From: Sphyrna mokarran
Taxonomy: Eukaryota
DNA: 64,000 nt
Direction: 5' to 3'
Assembly: GCA_024679065.1 (NCBI GenBank)
Contig: JAGIQG010000011.1
Coordinates: 41,540,001-41,604,000, forward strand
Shown one piece after another: positions 26,337 through 38,801 of this stretch. The notes under the pieces are model-generated. The model had not been told where the DNA came from. It made no database searches and worked only from the letters and a program-made list of their open reading frames with translations. The position numbers were made by a program, and so were the translations under genes. How positions within the stretch are numbered: the stretch's first letter is position 1; each line of letters begins with the position of its first letter.

Positions 26337-27611
26337 TCAAGGTATATTTTCTTTGACTTTGGAAACCACTTTCTTTTCTTTGACTCTCCTGTTCTGAAAC
26401 CAGATGGTAACTTGTCTCTCGGTCAGGTTGGTGGCGGTTGATATCCTGCGTCGTTTTTCCTTGGTTATGAATTTGTTTGTGGCGTACTCTCGCTCCAGTT
26501 CTTTGAGCTGGGTTTTCGTATAAGGGACCCTTTTTTTCCTCCCTCGCCTGTAAATGTTTATATCAGTCTGATTGTGCATCATGTCTCCTGAGAGGGAAAA
26601 TGCAAGTTAGAAGAACATTTAACTTCAAAGCAGTAGCACTTCAAAGAATGTTATATAAAAAAAATTCTTTCCCACATTTTTGAGTTTTGAAACGTACTTT
26701 AAGTAACTCAGAGATATTTATTCATATGGCCAATGCCATATTCCAGTGTATTAATTCACGCGTATGGTTATTCTGTGTTCCAGGTGTTACTAGTCCGAAA
26801 TACATTAATTATTAAAAGCTAGCGAATTCCTGATAATATTAAAAACCAAACCAATTGGAATTATGTTATTTCCTTTGAATTTAAAATAATTGTAACTTTT
26901 CAGTGAAAATTATTTTATAATACCTGAGAGAGGAGATTTCCAAAAATGTGGAGTCTGTGTCTGATCTTTAGGACAATACACTTGACCGTTCCAGCCATTA
27001 GCAAATGACCAGGGCTGATAGCCCTCCATGGAAATTAAGGCTTCATGCCTTGGCTCTCCGTGGCCGCTTATTGTGGGGACTACTGGAACGTCCAAATAAC
27101 CAGAGACCCGTTGGTATGGATTGGGGTAACTCTGATAAAATGCAAATTCTTTTGCCCTGGATGATACCTCGTCAGTGGGGACAGGGGTATTAGTCAAACC
27201 AGAAACGTCCATGTATTTGTCCACTGGATAACCGGCTAGAGATGCATGCGCACCAGATTTCAGTCCAGTTTGCTGAATGCCAACATTACGACAACTGTAA
27301 TAGCTGCTTCCAAAATGATAGCCGTAACTGATCGCTGGGTTTGGAGGGCTTGTCGGAGCTGGGCATGGGCTGCATTGCTTAGCAGATTCAGAAATGACAG
27401 AGTGCGTTCGATCTCCGACTGAGTAAGCGGGACCCGAAGATAACGAGTTGTGATGAGCTCCAAATGCAGAGGGAGAGAGAAAATTCCTGCATTGATTTGA
27501 AGGGACGTTCCCTCCCAGTCCTTCCATGTCCGAGTTAGCTGTGTTGTTTCTGTTGTGTAGGTACCTGATTGTATCAGTCCTCCAAGGGGCTGAAAGAAAA
27601 GAAGCTGTCAT
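26337..27611 (-). CDS. hoxd13: Homeobox protein Hox-D13, 2 exons: complement(join(26337..26587,26924..27611)), 312 aa (alternative start at 27527, MEGLGG)
   Basis: Group-13 motifs [52 protein letters not shown] and NGWNGQVYC. Donor TCAG|GTATTA at 26924/26923 and acceptor CCCTCTCAG|GAGAC at 26588/26587. Homeodomain [58 protein letters not shown]. Confidence 0.97.
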
Positions 27612-27634
27612 ATCACGACCCACTGCAAACTAAG

Positions 27635-27745
27635 TACTGCTTTATAGAAGCAGCCCCGGGAGTGAGAAGAGGTGCTTATTTTCACTGATTAGAGTGTGCA
27701 CTGGCCGAATGAAACCTGATAGGTCGATTCTGCCCACGTGACACA
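27635..27745 (-). promoter_or_regulatory. HoxD13 promoter: TATA box and E-box
   Basis: Minus-strand TATAAA at 27646-27641; CACGTGAC at 27735-27742. Confidence 0.55.
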
Positions 27746-30700
27746 GCAACTGGAGCTGGCTTCAGCAGTTATTGCAATCTCTTCCCGATGTTAAAACCAT
27801 TTAATTTTTCCTGAATTAATTCACTGTAATTGACGACTTGATCTGTTGTGCATTGGAAAGAGAAAACGTGAAGGTGCTTTCTAAGGCTCTATTCTTACGG
27901 TGTTCGCTGAGATTTATTATTGATACCTTGCACGAAGTACACTTTGCAGGATCTGCAAATTATACGTATAGCATACATGAGATATTCTTTCAGTCGATTT
28001 TCTATTCGGCATGCTTTCTATTTCAAACAAAGTTTGGGATATCTTTTGCGAAATAACAAAGTCAAACTGGCACTGGATCATATCTTTTTATCAATGCACG
28101 GTGGTGACAATTATTTGTATTTTCGGATATGATAACGAAGCACTCGGCAATGACCTGCTTAGCATCAACATGTGTCGTTCAAGATAGTCTATAAATTTTC
28201 TAGGTATAAATCCACGCTGCATGCATGATTCTGCATACAAATGTGAAATGGACTGCAAAAATCATCCTTTTTTTCTAACCAGCTCTAAGACGGTCCCATA
28301 GCATTCATTTCCGCTCAAATCCTACATATTCTAAATCTTCAAAAACTCGAGGGGAATTAATCGGGTCGATATTTATTTTTCGCTTTGATATTCGATCTGT
28401 TTTTAAAAAGGCGATTTTATTCATTACTTCCCTTGAATTCGGCTTCCTTAAGTCGGAGGTATGGAAATTGCGGATGTCTGATACTTAATTTTGATGTACT
28501 TGCGATATCCTTTATTTTGTATCATCCCATTGCCCTTTTGCACCGCATCATTTTCACATTTTGGGATTAGTTTGCATTTTACATCTAATTCGACAAATGA
28601 CTCCAAATGGTCAAGTATCGAAACATATTTGTGGCAAAAAAATAAAGATATGATATCGCGGGAGGCCGCGGTCTCTCAATTAAGGAAGCGCCGCATTTTT
28701 TTTCTGCAGGCCTTGTTTTGGTTGTCTGCGATCTGTAAATGTGGACTTTGTGGCAAAGTTCCCGAGTATGATTGAATTCTCCCTATTGATATCAAAAACC
28801 GTAAGACATGAACATAAATATTCAGCAATATAACCGTGCTACTGGAACTAGGGCTTGTTTTGATTCCATCTTAACAATAAGATGAGATGTAGAAAAATAT
28901 TTACATTTTCCACCAAAAGACATTTCCAACAGATATATTCCCAAAGTTGCGAAATCACGTTTTTGACACAAATCGAATAATACTTTGCAGCTTACATTAG
29001 GATAAACGGCTCATTAAGTGCGGTACAAATATTGCCGTGTGTGCGATTAAATAAAAACGAAGAAATCCCATTCTCGGAAGATATTTGATGAAATTATGTA
29101 TTGCAGATATTATGTATTAGATATTATAACAAAAGTCTCAGGGACATTTTACAAATGTTGAACGGAAAATAGGAAGAATTTGGCTAACTGTGACTTGGTT
29201 TTCAATAGGTAATATTAGGGCAAACTGAGCGTTCATCTTACTCGTCCACTGCACATAATTCCACACCTTCCTCAAGCCTGCGGAGCGGGTCAATTCCATG
29301 ACGAAGTGAACATTTCAAATAAAATATCAGAATGCTTCGACAAAGATAATTGAAAAACTCCAAACAAGTAGTCAACGGGATTCTGAGTGCCAGCAAAATA
29401 AGAATTACGGCATTTTCAAATGAAGCTTTTCTAAATTTTGCCTTAATTCTTCCCCTCAGCCCCCGAATTCATAGAGAGGACATGTGCCGTTATTTCACAG
29501 AGAAAACAGATTCTGTCTACAAGCGTCGGTGAGGTGGAGAAATTAATGAGCCAATTTCTTTGCACTAAATTATATTCATCCATTCCTGCGAATCCATTGC
29601 TTTATTTTTCTTGAAAAGATATTCTGTACTGACTTGATGTGCTTCGTTTATATTTAGTGAAGTCGTTCCCACAGCCTTTAAACAAAAAGACGAAGAAAAA
29701 GGATTTGAAATCAGCAATGTTGATCCTTCCTATTTGAGTATCTAATTTGAATAGGTGCAGCGTCTTTATTTAAGAGCATGTGGGCCGTATCTTTCGTCAG
29801 AAAACGAAAACAAATAGCAAGTGAGCAGTTCCCATTTTCAGTGAGAGAAAGAAGAAACGTGCCAGCGACTTATTTCGGATGGCTACTTTTATTTAGAATT
29901 CCGGCCAAAGCGCAGGATCGGATTTAAAAGTATGTCGCTGTCTCAAGTTGGTCGCATCAATGGCATTGTAGACAAAGGGGTTCTTGCCGGAAGTAGATGA
30001 AGTCCAAGGTCAAGGTGGAGAGAGAGGGAGGGGGCGAGGGAGAGGAGAAGAAAGATGGTAAACAGCGGTTTAAAGAACTCAACAGCTCCGTTGGATTTAT
30101 GTGAAGATTTCAAAAGATTGAAGTTAGCTGTGAATTATAACATAGCTTTGCAAAATTGTATAGTCTTGCTAAACCATGTCAGGTTAGTAATACCTGTGGT
30201 GCCATATAAAGTTAAACAGTAATTTACGTATAGGAATGTGTGTTAACTTTCTGATTCAGAACCATTTGGTAAATAAGACACTAGAAAATGGAACAAGAGT
30301 CAACAGGAGGCTAATGGTGAATGCCCGATACCAATTTTCGACCCAAGCTAGGGATGGGCAATAGATGTGACCTTGCCGTCTTCGTTTGTATCCCAGAACA
30401 AAACAAAAGGAGCGAGTCAGTTGTTGTAAATATTAACAATCCCGCATGTTGTTGACAAAGGGTGACAGTAAATGTTGCTGTTTGAATGTTGCTTATTCTC
30501 AATGTTATTTACTATAATGTGCTGATATCATTCATTTCACAGAATTTCAACTTCAAGACATTTCCATTTTTAAAGCATTTATTGGAACGTTATGTTGCTT
30601 CCGAGCGATCCTCTATCACCCTCGCTCTCGCCCCCCATTCCTGTCGAAGTTCAACATCAACTTTCCACTGTCGCTTTGTGAATTCTGTGGACAGCCGTGA

Positions 30701-32881
30701 CTGGGGAATCTCCCTCCGAAATATAAAACGTCCTTTATTCTTCTTTGTTCATTAAAATTGATATTCTTTCCCTTGTTGCGACTTACTTGACCTATTCAAA
30801 CTAGTACTTGCGTTATTGAAAATAGCATTTATTGTTTAATATATTTATAAGGTGTTATTCTGAACGATCTTTGGATTATCAAGCCATTTGTTACCATAAA
30901 GCAATAATAAAATTTCTAATTTAAACTCGAAACTGATTATATGGATAATTCTTTTTTTATACCTTGCCATTTTAAAAATAATTGTCAACAATCGCTATGA
31001 ATTATTAGTGATTATTTTCTTTTAGACAACCTGTTACATATTTTTCTAATTATAACAATTAGAAAACAAGCTTTTCTAAATCTTAACCACTGTTGGATTA
31101 TTTGCACCCTGAATTCGTGGAGCAGGGGACCACACAATATAGTACGTGCAAAATTACTCCCTGAAATTTGAGCTGCAAGCATGTTAAATTTGGAATTCAT
31201 AATGCGGATGTATTTAAAGGGATTTTCTTTAAAATTAGTTAACGATAATAGGTAGTTTTAAAAAGTTGATAATTTATATATTCAGCTAGCAATATTTATT
31301 AAAGTGAGACTGACTATGTTATAGGTCATATGAGTCCCGTTTGAAAGCACAATATCGTAAACATGTCTTTTTAGTCAAACGGAATGGTTGATATCAATAC
31401 ATGAATGAAACCAGATTACACGCCACAAAATGTTCACCATATTTTTTCTTCCCAACTGGAAAATAAGTATGATATGTCCCTAGCTGTTACAATTCCAACC
31501 GTATTACTTACCATACGTTTTTGAAATTAAATCGTAAACAGTTGCTAAAACTAGATCCAAATTTGCTTGAGATGTTTCAGGCATACATAAAAATTATCCT
31601 TGCAGTTAAAATGCATCTATATAAAATGGGTTTAGTCTGTCATCAGTAATCAGGGCGACGAAATATATTTTTAGTCTGACATTGCTCGCAACCAATTAAT
31701 CATTTGATGTTGTGAAAGTCTCCTCCCTCGCCTTTTGCACGTATGTTTCAGTTGAACCTACAAAAATAATTTATTGCATTAGGAATACATTGCAGCAAAC
31801 GATCATCACACGGTCTAGGCATCTTAAAGTGAACTCATTATAAATATTTCAACAGTTTTGAAGTTCTACGTACCTGAAGGCAATATGATCATATTTAGAA
31901 ATAAAGTATTTGCTTCATTCAAATGCGGTTGTTATCAGCTATTGAAATAGCGTCACGTTCCTTTGAGCGATAAATATAACTGAATGCGTCGAATTGTTTG
32001 CTGGGTTGACAGTACACGGAGCAATAAGTTTGTGTAAAACTTTGTCAGATAAAAACCATTGCATTTTGAAAGAAAATAGTAGTTTCTAAAGCCAGCTCTT
32101 CTGTAAGTATACCAGAGAATTTATCTGGGGGCTGATAAACGTTCATTTTCCCTAGGATTATATATTCTATACGAAATGACTTTAACTGTAACAGCCCAAA
32201 CTGGCACCTAAAATGTATTTCACTGGCAAGGCACTGAATCTATCAATGAGCGGGAAAACAGTTCGCTGATAGGGTGTCTGGAATTCAAATATAGTCCCAA
32301 TGACACCATCTATGCCTCTGCCAGCGAATTAGAGTGGCATTGACATAAACGTGTTTCCACAGTGCATTCAAAAGAATTTCAGAATTTTTCAAGCAGAAAT
32401 CCCAGTTTGGACAGTGATGTTAAAGGAATTGTTGAAGATATACTCACCCCAGTGTCTTGTTTTACTCTAGATTGATGTAGAAAATAAATCAGTTCGACAG
32501 CTTCGTTTATAAAATTAACCAGCGCCAATTTCATTGTTCGGACCGCATGCCATTCTCGTGCTCCTGACTATTTACACATTTCTCTGATGCATAAACAAAT
32601 TGAACAATATGTTATAGACTCGTGTGTTTGTTAAATCTTTCACTGCTGAAATTGCTATTTCCCCACGATTTGCAATGGTCTTGAATACAATTTGACGCAA
32701 ATGTATTCACTTCTCTACAAGTCTATCACAGAGCAAAAGTCGACAACAAGTGAAACGTTATTGAAGGGCAGTTGAAAAAAAACGAACAGGGGGTGGAGAC
32801 CTAACTAAACCCTGGTTTTAAAGTGACAAATTTTAAATTCTCTTTTCCTCATTTGGAAACAAAAGATGTAAACTTGTCACG

Positions 32882-32915
32882 CTGCAGTTATCATTTCCCA
32901 CCAATGATGGCGCTA
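32882..32915 (+). promoter_or_regulatory. Candidate CTCF site with upstream TGCAG module
   Basis: CTGCAGTTAT-CATTT-CCCACCAATGATGGCGCTA. The right half GATGGCGCTA fits the CTCF core and TGCAG sits at about the usual upstream-motif spacing; the left half is degenerate. Confidence 0.4.
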
Positions 32916-33089
32916 CCTGTCTACCCAGCGGGAGACTCTGATTCCAAGTTGGTAAGTTTGCATTGGCAGTTTCTTGGCAGTTATAAAGGTAGACATAAGG
33001 ATTGCAATGGGAACGTTGAAAGGGAACAAACATAGTCGTAAGATTTTGAATCTACAGCCATTAACTGTTACCCCCAGTGTCTGTCTATA

Positions 33090-33410
33090 AGGAGATTTAG
33101 ACAGCAATTATTGTGTGTTTTCCCCATGGCAGAATTGTCTTAAGACCAAAGGGCACAGGTTTAACCTGAGGAGTTGGTGCTTTAGAGGGATCTGAAGGGA
33201 AAACAATCATCCAGAGGGCGATGGAAATACGGAACACGCTGCCTGGGAGAGTGGTGGAGAAAGTACTCTCGCAACATTTAAGTCGCATCTGGAGGAGCAC
33301 TTAAATTGCAAGTGCTGGTAAAGGGGATTAGTATGGATTGGTATTTGATGGTCAGTATGAAAATGGTCGCCCGAAGAGTCTGTTTCTCTGCTGGAAGACC
33401 CTATGGTTAT
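33090..33410 (+). mobile_element. CR1-type (HER-like) LINE 3'-end fragment inside the Hox cluster
   Basis: Shows CR1 ORF2 C-terminal/3'UTR hallmarks: ACCAAAGGGCACAGGTTTAA (TRGH-like), CAGAGGGCGATGGAAATACGGAACACGCTGCC (QRV..WN.LP-like), CATTTAAG..CATCTGGA (FK..LD) and terminal CCGAAGAGTCTGTTTCTCTGCTG. Resembles the CR1 ends at 59.6-60.0 kb and, reversed, at 55.2-55.5 kb. Confidence 0.8.
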
Positions 33411-33589
33411 CATGCTGATTATATTCCATAGCTGCTTGAAGAATGTAAGGCTTAAAGACTTCTGTGTCACTGTGAGTCCTACAAAGGATTATAATGAAAT
33501 AGACATTAAACAAGAAAGCAATGACTCTGTTTGAACAAAGAAAGTCATTCTCTTGCCGTTGTGGCATTGTTCATCCAATGCTGCAGTGT

Positions 33590-33730
33590 CTTATGTTCGA
33601 TGTTCCATATCACCGAATGCAAATTAGCTAGTCATTCATTCGTCTGTCTGTTGTAGGACATTGCATTTCCCAAATTAGCTGCTGTTTCCCTAGATAAAAA
33701 TAATTCTGTTTCAAATCATTTTTCATTTTC
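33590..33730 (+). mobile_element. Highly decayed DeuSINE-like remnant
   Basis: TTAGCTAGTCATTCATTCGTCTGTCTGTTGTAGGACATTGC...AAATTAGCTGCTGTTTCCCT aligns loosely by eye with the clearer copy at 53375-53445. Confidence 0.35.
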
Positions 33731-35629
33731 CATGGAGAATAATTTTGAAAATGACAAAATTCAGGGTTTTCAAAAGAAATGTGACACTTAACAGTCTTTT
33801 TAAATGTTCAGTCAGGACCTTGAAAACTGAAATATCTGAAAAATAACTAATTCGACTGACTAATTGTAAATCACTAATTACAACAATTCTTTTCAAATTA
33901 TTATGAGGCTTGTTATACCTTTAAAACATTTCTTTAGACATTTACAATTGATATCAGAGTGTGGCTTTTGAAATTCAAATCAGACTTTTAGTTAAATTAC
34001 GAATTAAGAAATTATGACAGACAATTGCTCAAAATATATTTCTTCCTTGCAACTTCTCTAATCATTGGATAATCGCTATTCAGGCACGTGACGGCAGCAT
34101 GATTTTATTCCCTCTATTGGGAGAGTCTAGTGGACTGCTTGAGGTTTCTTTTGTCACTTGCGACTTTTGCTTTCAGTTATTTGTATTGAAGATATACCAG
34201 AGACGGGTCTTGGGTTTATGTTTTCTGGTTGAAAAACGCACATCTGGTATACGCTCTTTGCAATTAAACAATATGACCACCACAGCAGAAAGTGGGCCAA
34301 TGGGCTTAGAGTCAATACAATCCCTCCAGTGTAGAAAGAGGCCATTTGGAAGTATTTTCCTTTCCTCCTGACGTTTTCAGTCCAAGCCCAGCTCTGAGGC
34401 AACTATAAATATATTGTCATTTACACAAGCAAATAAATGGGCGGATAAGTACGCTGGGACGATCGGGAACAAATCAGAAGTAGGCAGATATTACACTCAG
34501 AATATATCCTGAAATAACTAATTCATTGCACTTGGGCAACATGGATCGGTTTGGCTGACTGATGTTCCAGTTATCTCTACAATTAAACAAAACACTCTGT
34601 TCCATTATAACTCACTGTTATATTAAACAAAAGTATTTATTCTTTTGAGCTCAATAATCCATAGCAAAGTACTCCGCTTCCGCAACCACCGCAATGAAAC
34701 ATCATTTCAATTGTTCTATTTCTTTCCGAAAACCGATCTGGGGTTATCGGCAAATCAGCAGGAAAAATGTATAACTTTTAAGCTGTTTAAATTTTAATTT
34801 TTATAATTTTTAGTCTGTATAACTTTTAAACTGTGAACCTTCCAACTGCACAGCTTTTAAAACTGCATCTAAAAGGAGAATAGCAAATCCATTATGAGCT
34901 ATTGAGGAAATAGTCTAAACAGATTGAAATCCATTCTATTTCATAAGCTAAATGTCGCCATGAATGTTAATATTTTTTACATCAATACATTGCTGTCTTT
35001 AACTAACCAGTGTTGGTCCATTCCCATTGAATCCCAGCTATGTGCTTTGATTGAAGCCTGTAAATTAATACATTGTTGAAACTGAAAATAAGAAAAATGT
35101 TTTAAAGCAATTTTGAATTCAATATTACTGGAGGAGGGCCTTCATGAAATTGAGAAATTTATTCGAACATAACACGCAATTACTTTGTACGATTATATGC
35201 ATTCTGAATCATTCCAAATTTGAACAATATTGTTTACTATCCAAGAAACAATCTCCCTGGCAATCAAGATCATTGTTATCATCATTTAAGCATTAAAGGT
35301 AACTTTTAGAAAAGCATTCATATTATATAATGAATGGTAGTCATTATTTTAGAACGCCAAGCTGCGAATTTTTTTTAAGAATCGAATTTGGCTCAAAGTG
35401 TAAATATTTCTTGTTCGTCGTCTTTAGTACTGTTTCACACAGAAAATTCACACCAATATAACAAAACTTTTCGCTCTTGTGCATCTCTAAACGAAAAACA
35501 TTGAAAGAAAAAACGCCTAATAATGGATATGAATGGATATTTGAAGAGAGGTGACTTTGTCGTTACACATCCGAATATACGTTTCTCTAACACATAAAGC
35601 CAGTCTTTCTTTGACAAAAGGTTCGGGTT

Positions 35630-37334
35630 TCACAGTCCGGGATAACCTGACTTTACCGACTGTTGTACACGGAGAAGCTTTTTCTCTTTCTGCCTCTGAT
35701 TCTGAAACCATATTTTGACCTGAAAAACAAACAGATCATTTGAAAATGGCAGGTGGTTAACAATAACCCCTTTAAAATTGCAGTGAAGAAGCTGTGCCCA
35801 CCTGTTGATCAGGAAGGGAGACGGTGTTGCGAGAACAGGTGCGTCCTGTAGAAATTGGAAGGGGATTCTCTTACCTGCCTTTCTGTTAATCCTAACTTGA
35901 ACGATATGTTTAATCGAACTTCAGGGGTGAGGAATCGATTATTTTCAAAAGCCATTTCCAGTTCAGCGATTTGCTGTTTGCTGTAAGGAATTCGTTTTTT
36001 CCTTTGTCTATGTATCGGGTTTTGTGATGTGGACCATTGGGATGCATATCCCAAAGCTGGGGAAACAACAATCCATCAACGTGTTGAATTAGCATGAACA
36101 CAATAGTTGACATTCACAGCAGCGTATATGTCTTTACCTACTTATACCGTTTTCCTGTCTACATGAACTCCATGTTAATAAAGTATACAACAGTATCATT
36201 TACCCTCGCTTATTTTAATTGATGTTCGTTAATTTAGCGAAGTTTATTTGTTAGTCAAATAAAGTAACATTGTCCAGTGACGAGAATTAATATCACATAT
36301 AATTACTTATATACTTTTGGTTCTCATCCCTCTTCTTGTTTATTTGAATGAATAATTCACACTTTACCAAAGTAAATCGTTTTCAATTGATCCTTTTGCT
36401 GCATTTACATATTTTATATATCTAAAAAGCACATTTTTGCTTTTGATCTCTGAAACATTTCATTGAGAAATAAAGACTGAGCAATTGAATTAAGTCGGAC
36501 TAACATAAACTAACCACTCCCTTTGATATATTTCTCGTGTTGAAGACATATCCTGAGATTTATAACCGCCCTAAGGGAAAACTGACTATTTTAGATCTCC
36601 TAAAGTTTAATGGGCATATTTTTTCCAAAATGGTATTTGAAGATGAAATCCCCAGTTCACAGTAAGTGCAACAGTCGAAAGTAAAATACAGAGCACCCAG
36701 TGTTACTAAAAGACAGGGAAGACAATATTTTAAAAAATATATCGCAATTTTTAACTTATCCAACATGGAAAGACGGGTATACAATGTACGAGAATGTGCT
36801 GTCAGACTGACCTAAATGCCTTGGGACACCGGCTATTGCCGGGTTGAGCGCTCCTCCTGTAAACGGTGCCTCGCAGTACTGAGAATGGCTGAAGGCAGCC
36901 ATGCCCTGATTGTTGGCATCTGGCTGGTCAGGTGCAGTCCGGGGATATTCTAAAGGCCAATGTTGGTAAATTGGGCAGTTTGTAGGGTATTCACTTCTGG
37001 TGCACAGGTTGTGCCGGTAGCTAGTAAACGAAGGTATATGATTGTCATTTCGAAACTGGTTTGTTGGGAATTGTTCTGCCGCAGGTGACATAGCAACTAT
37101 CTCCCGATCTGCGCTTCCGAACGATCCATAAGTCGAAATATCTTCGGAGTACAAACTTTGGCACTTTCCACTTGAAGTGGTTTTCAAAGGCGGTGGGACT
37201 ATAGCCGAAGAATTGCCACAATTAGTGGGGAGTACTGGTGCCATTTCCGTAGGCCGCACTTCATCTTGCAGTATTCCTGTTTTATCGCTAGATGTCTCTA
37301 ACGTCAGTTTGTATTGCAGGGAAGTCGCATCCAT
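35630..37334 (-). CDS. hoxd14: Homeobox protein Hox-D14, 3 exons: complement(join(35630..35719,35875..36056,36812..37334)), 264 aa
   Basis: Lies between HoxD13 and Evx2 in Hox orientation. Intron 1: donor TTAG|GTCAGT (36812/36811), acceptor TTTCCCCAG|CTTTG (36057/36056). Intron 2: donor CAG|GTAAGA (35875/35874), acceptor TTTTTCAG|GTCAAA (35720/35719). Homeodomain [44 protein letters not shown]^VKIWFQNQRQKEKKLL has the Hox14 WFQNQR signature and an intron after residue 44. No stops or frameshifts. Confidence 0.95.
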
Positions 37335-38801
37335 CTTATAACTTCACTAAATGACTATGTTCAATCCAGCCACCTGCAAATATAATCCCTCTGCTATTTT
37401 TCTGTCCTTACTTGCCAGCGTAAATTTCTCTTTGTTCCAAACGTTGAGAATAATATGCGTGGCAGGCACTGAGCAAATACTTTAACTACCACCTCCCAGA
37501 AATGGAACTAAACGATCCATTAAGTGCACAAACTACACCCTGGTCCAAACTACCTGATCTTTTTATTGCTGTAACTCTACTGCAGTTGGTAAATAAAACG
37601 CAATGTGGACTCTTTGTAAATTAAACTTTGTGAGCAAACGTCAAGGACAGGGTTGCATTACAGAGTGACACACTTGGACTGTAGTTATTGTACTATTGAC
37701 TCAAGGTCAATGTTGAGTTTCTGCGATAATTTTGTGTCACCTTACTCTTTCGGTTTTTCTTTGCCTGACGTTCCACCGGTGATCTCAGGTGACACTATTT
37801 GATTGCAGGGCACTTAGATTTATAAACGTGCCGTTTTTTTAAAAAAAAGCTCAAGCAACGGAATTGAACAATCATTTAGTAGGAGTGAGCTGTGATCTGG
37901 AATAAACCTCTTTCGTGACATTGCAACTTGCGTCAGGCAAAAAGCATTTAAGCACATTTTATTGCCTGCCATAACCTTTAACGCTCTAGAATTACACCTC
38001 AAGATACCTGCATTAGACGATCGAACAAATATTTAGTCTGTTGCGGTGAACCTTCTTTGAGCTGGCTAAAGTGGACTACCACTGCATCCAGAAATCTGGT
38101 GCACCATACTTATTAATTTTAACCAGCTTTGCTAACTGATTGAAACTTTCCCTTCACATAGTGTTAAAGGCAATTAAAACAGAAATGACGGAGATCATGG
38201 ATTTTGATATCGTGCAACCTATTTTTCAAGAGAACGTCCTTGCCATTATCTTTTCTTTATATTGTGCTTAATATTCTTGCTCAGGTCTATTAATCAGTAT
38301 CATATCAATGTGAAAGAGAATTGATCTAATCCTGCACTCTACCGTCAGTTAACCATCAACCAGGCATACAAAGATTTTGCGTTTAGGACCGAGAATGAAA
38401 TTTCAGCAGACTATAGGTTATGAGATAAATCTGATGAAAATGTTACATTCAGTGGCTATTTTTGTCTCATCACTTGCCCTTTATAAAAATGAAAATTTCA
38501 AGATATGCATGTACACCTGTTTTGATAATGGCACAAGAAGTCAGTTAGCCAGCTAACTCCTCACCCATAAAATAAGAAAACAATGTTCCATAGGTTCAGT
38601 TTTATTTGGAAAATAAATACAAAAAGCAGACTTTTCAAATTATGTCGACGTAAGATCACTGACCAATAAAGAAAGGTAACTCATATGAATAGCAGATATT
38701 TTCATTTGGTTTCTAAAATTAATGTCCAAAAGCCGCTGGCTCTCAGAGAAATTAACTTTTCGGAACCTCTCTGAAAGTAATGAGTCTGTTAAAATCAAAG
38801 C

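Noticed and set aside
31249-31258. TAGGTAGTTT, identical to the first 10 nt of miR-196
   Set aside because: The rest of the mature sequence and a hairpin arm are absent, and the strand and position are wrong for a Hox miRNA. As a target site it is over 4 kb past the HoxD14 stop.
35809-36054. Idea that the D13-Evx2 homeobox is a truncated pseudogene
   Set aside because: Helix 3 is on a separate exon (35630-35719) with canonical splice sites and the correct frame.
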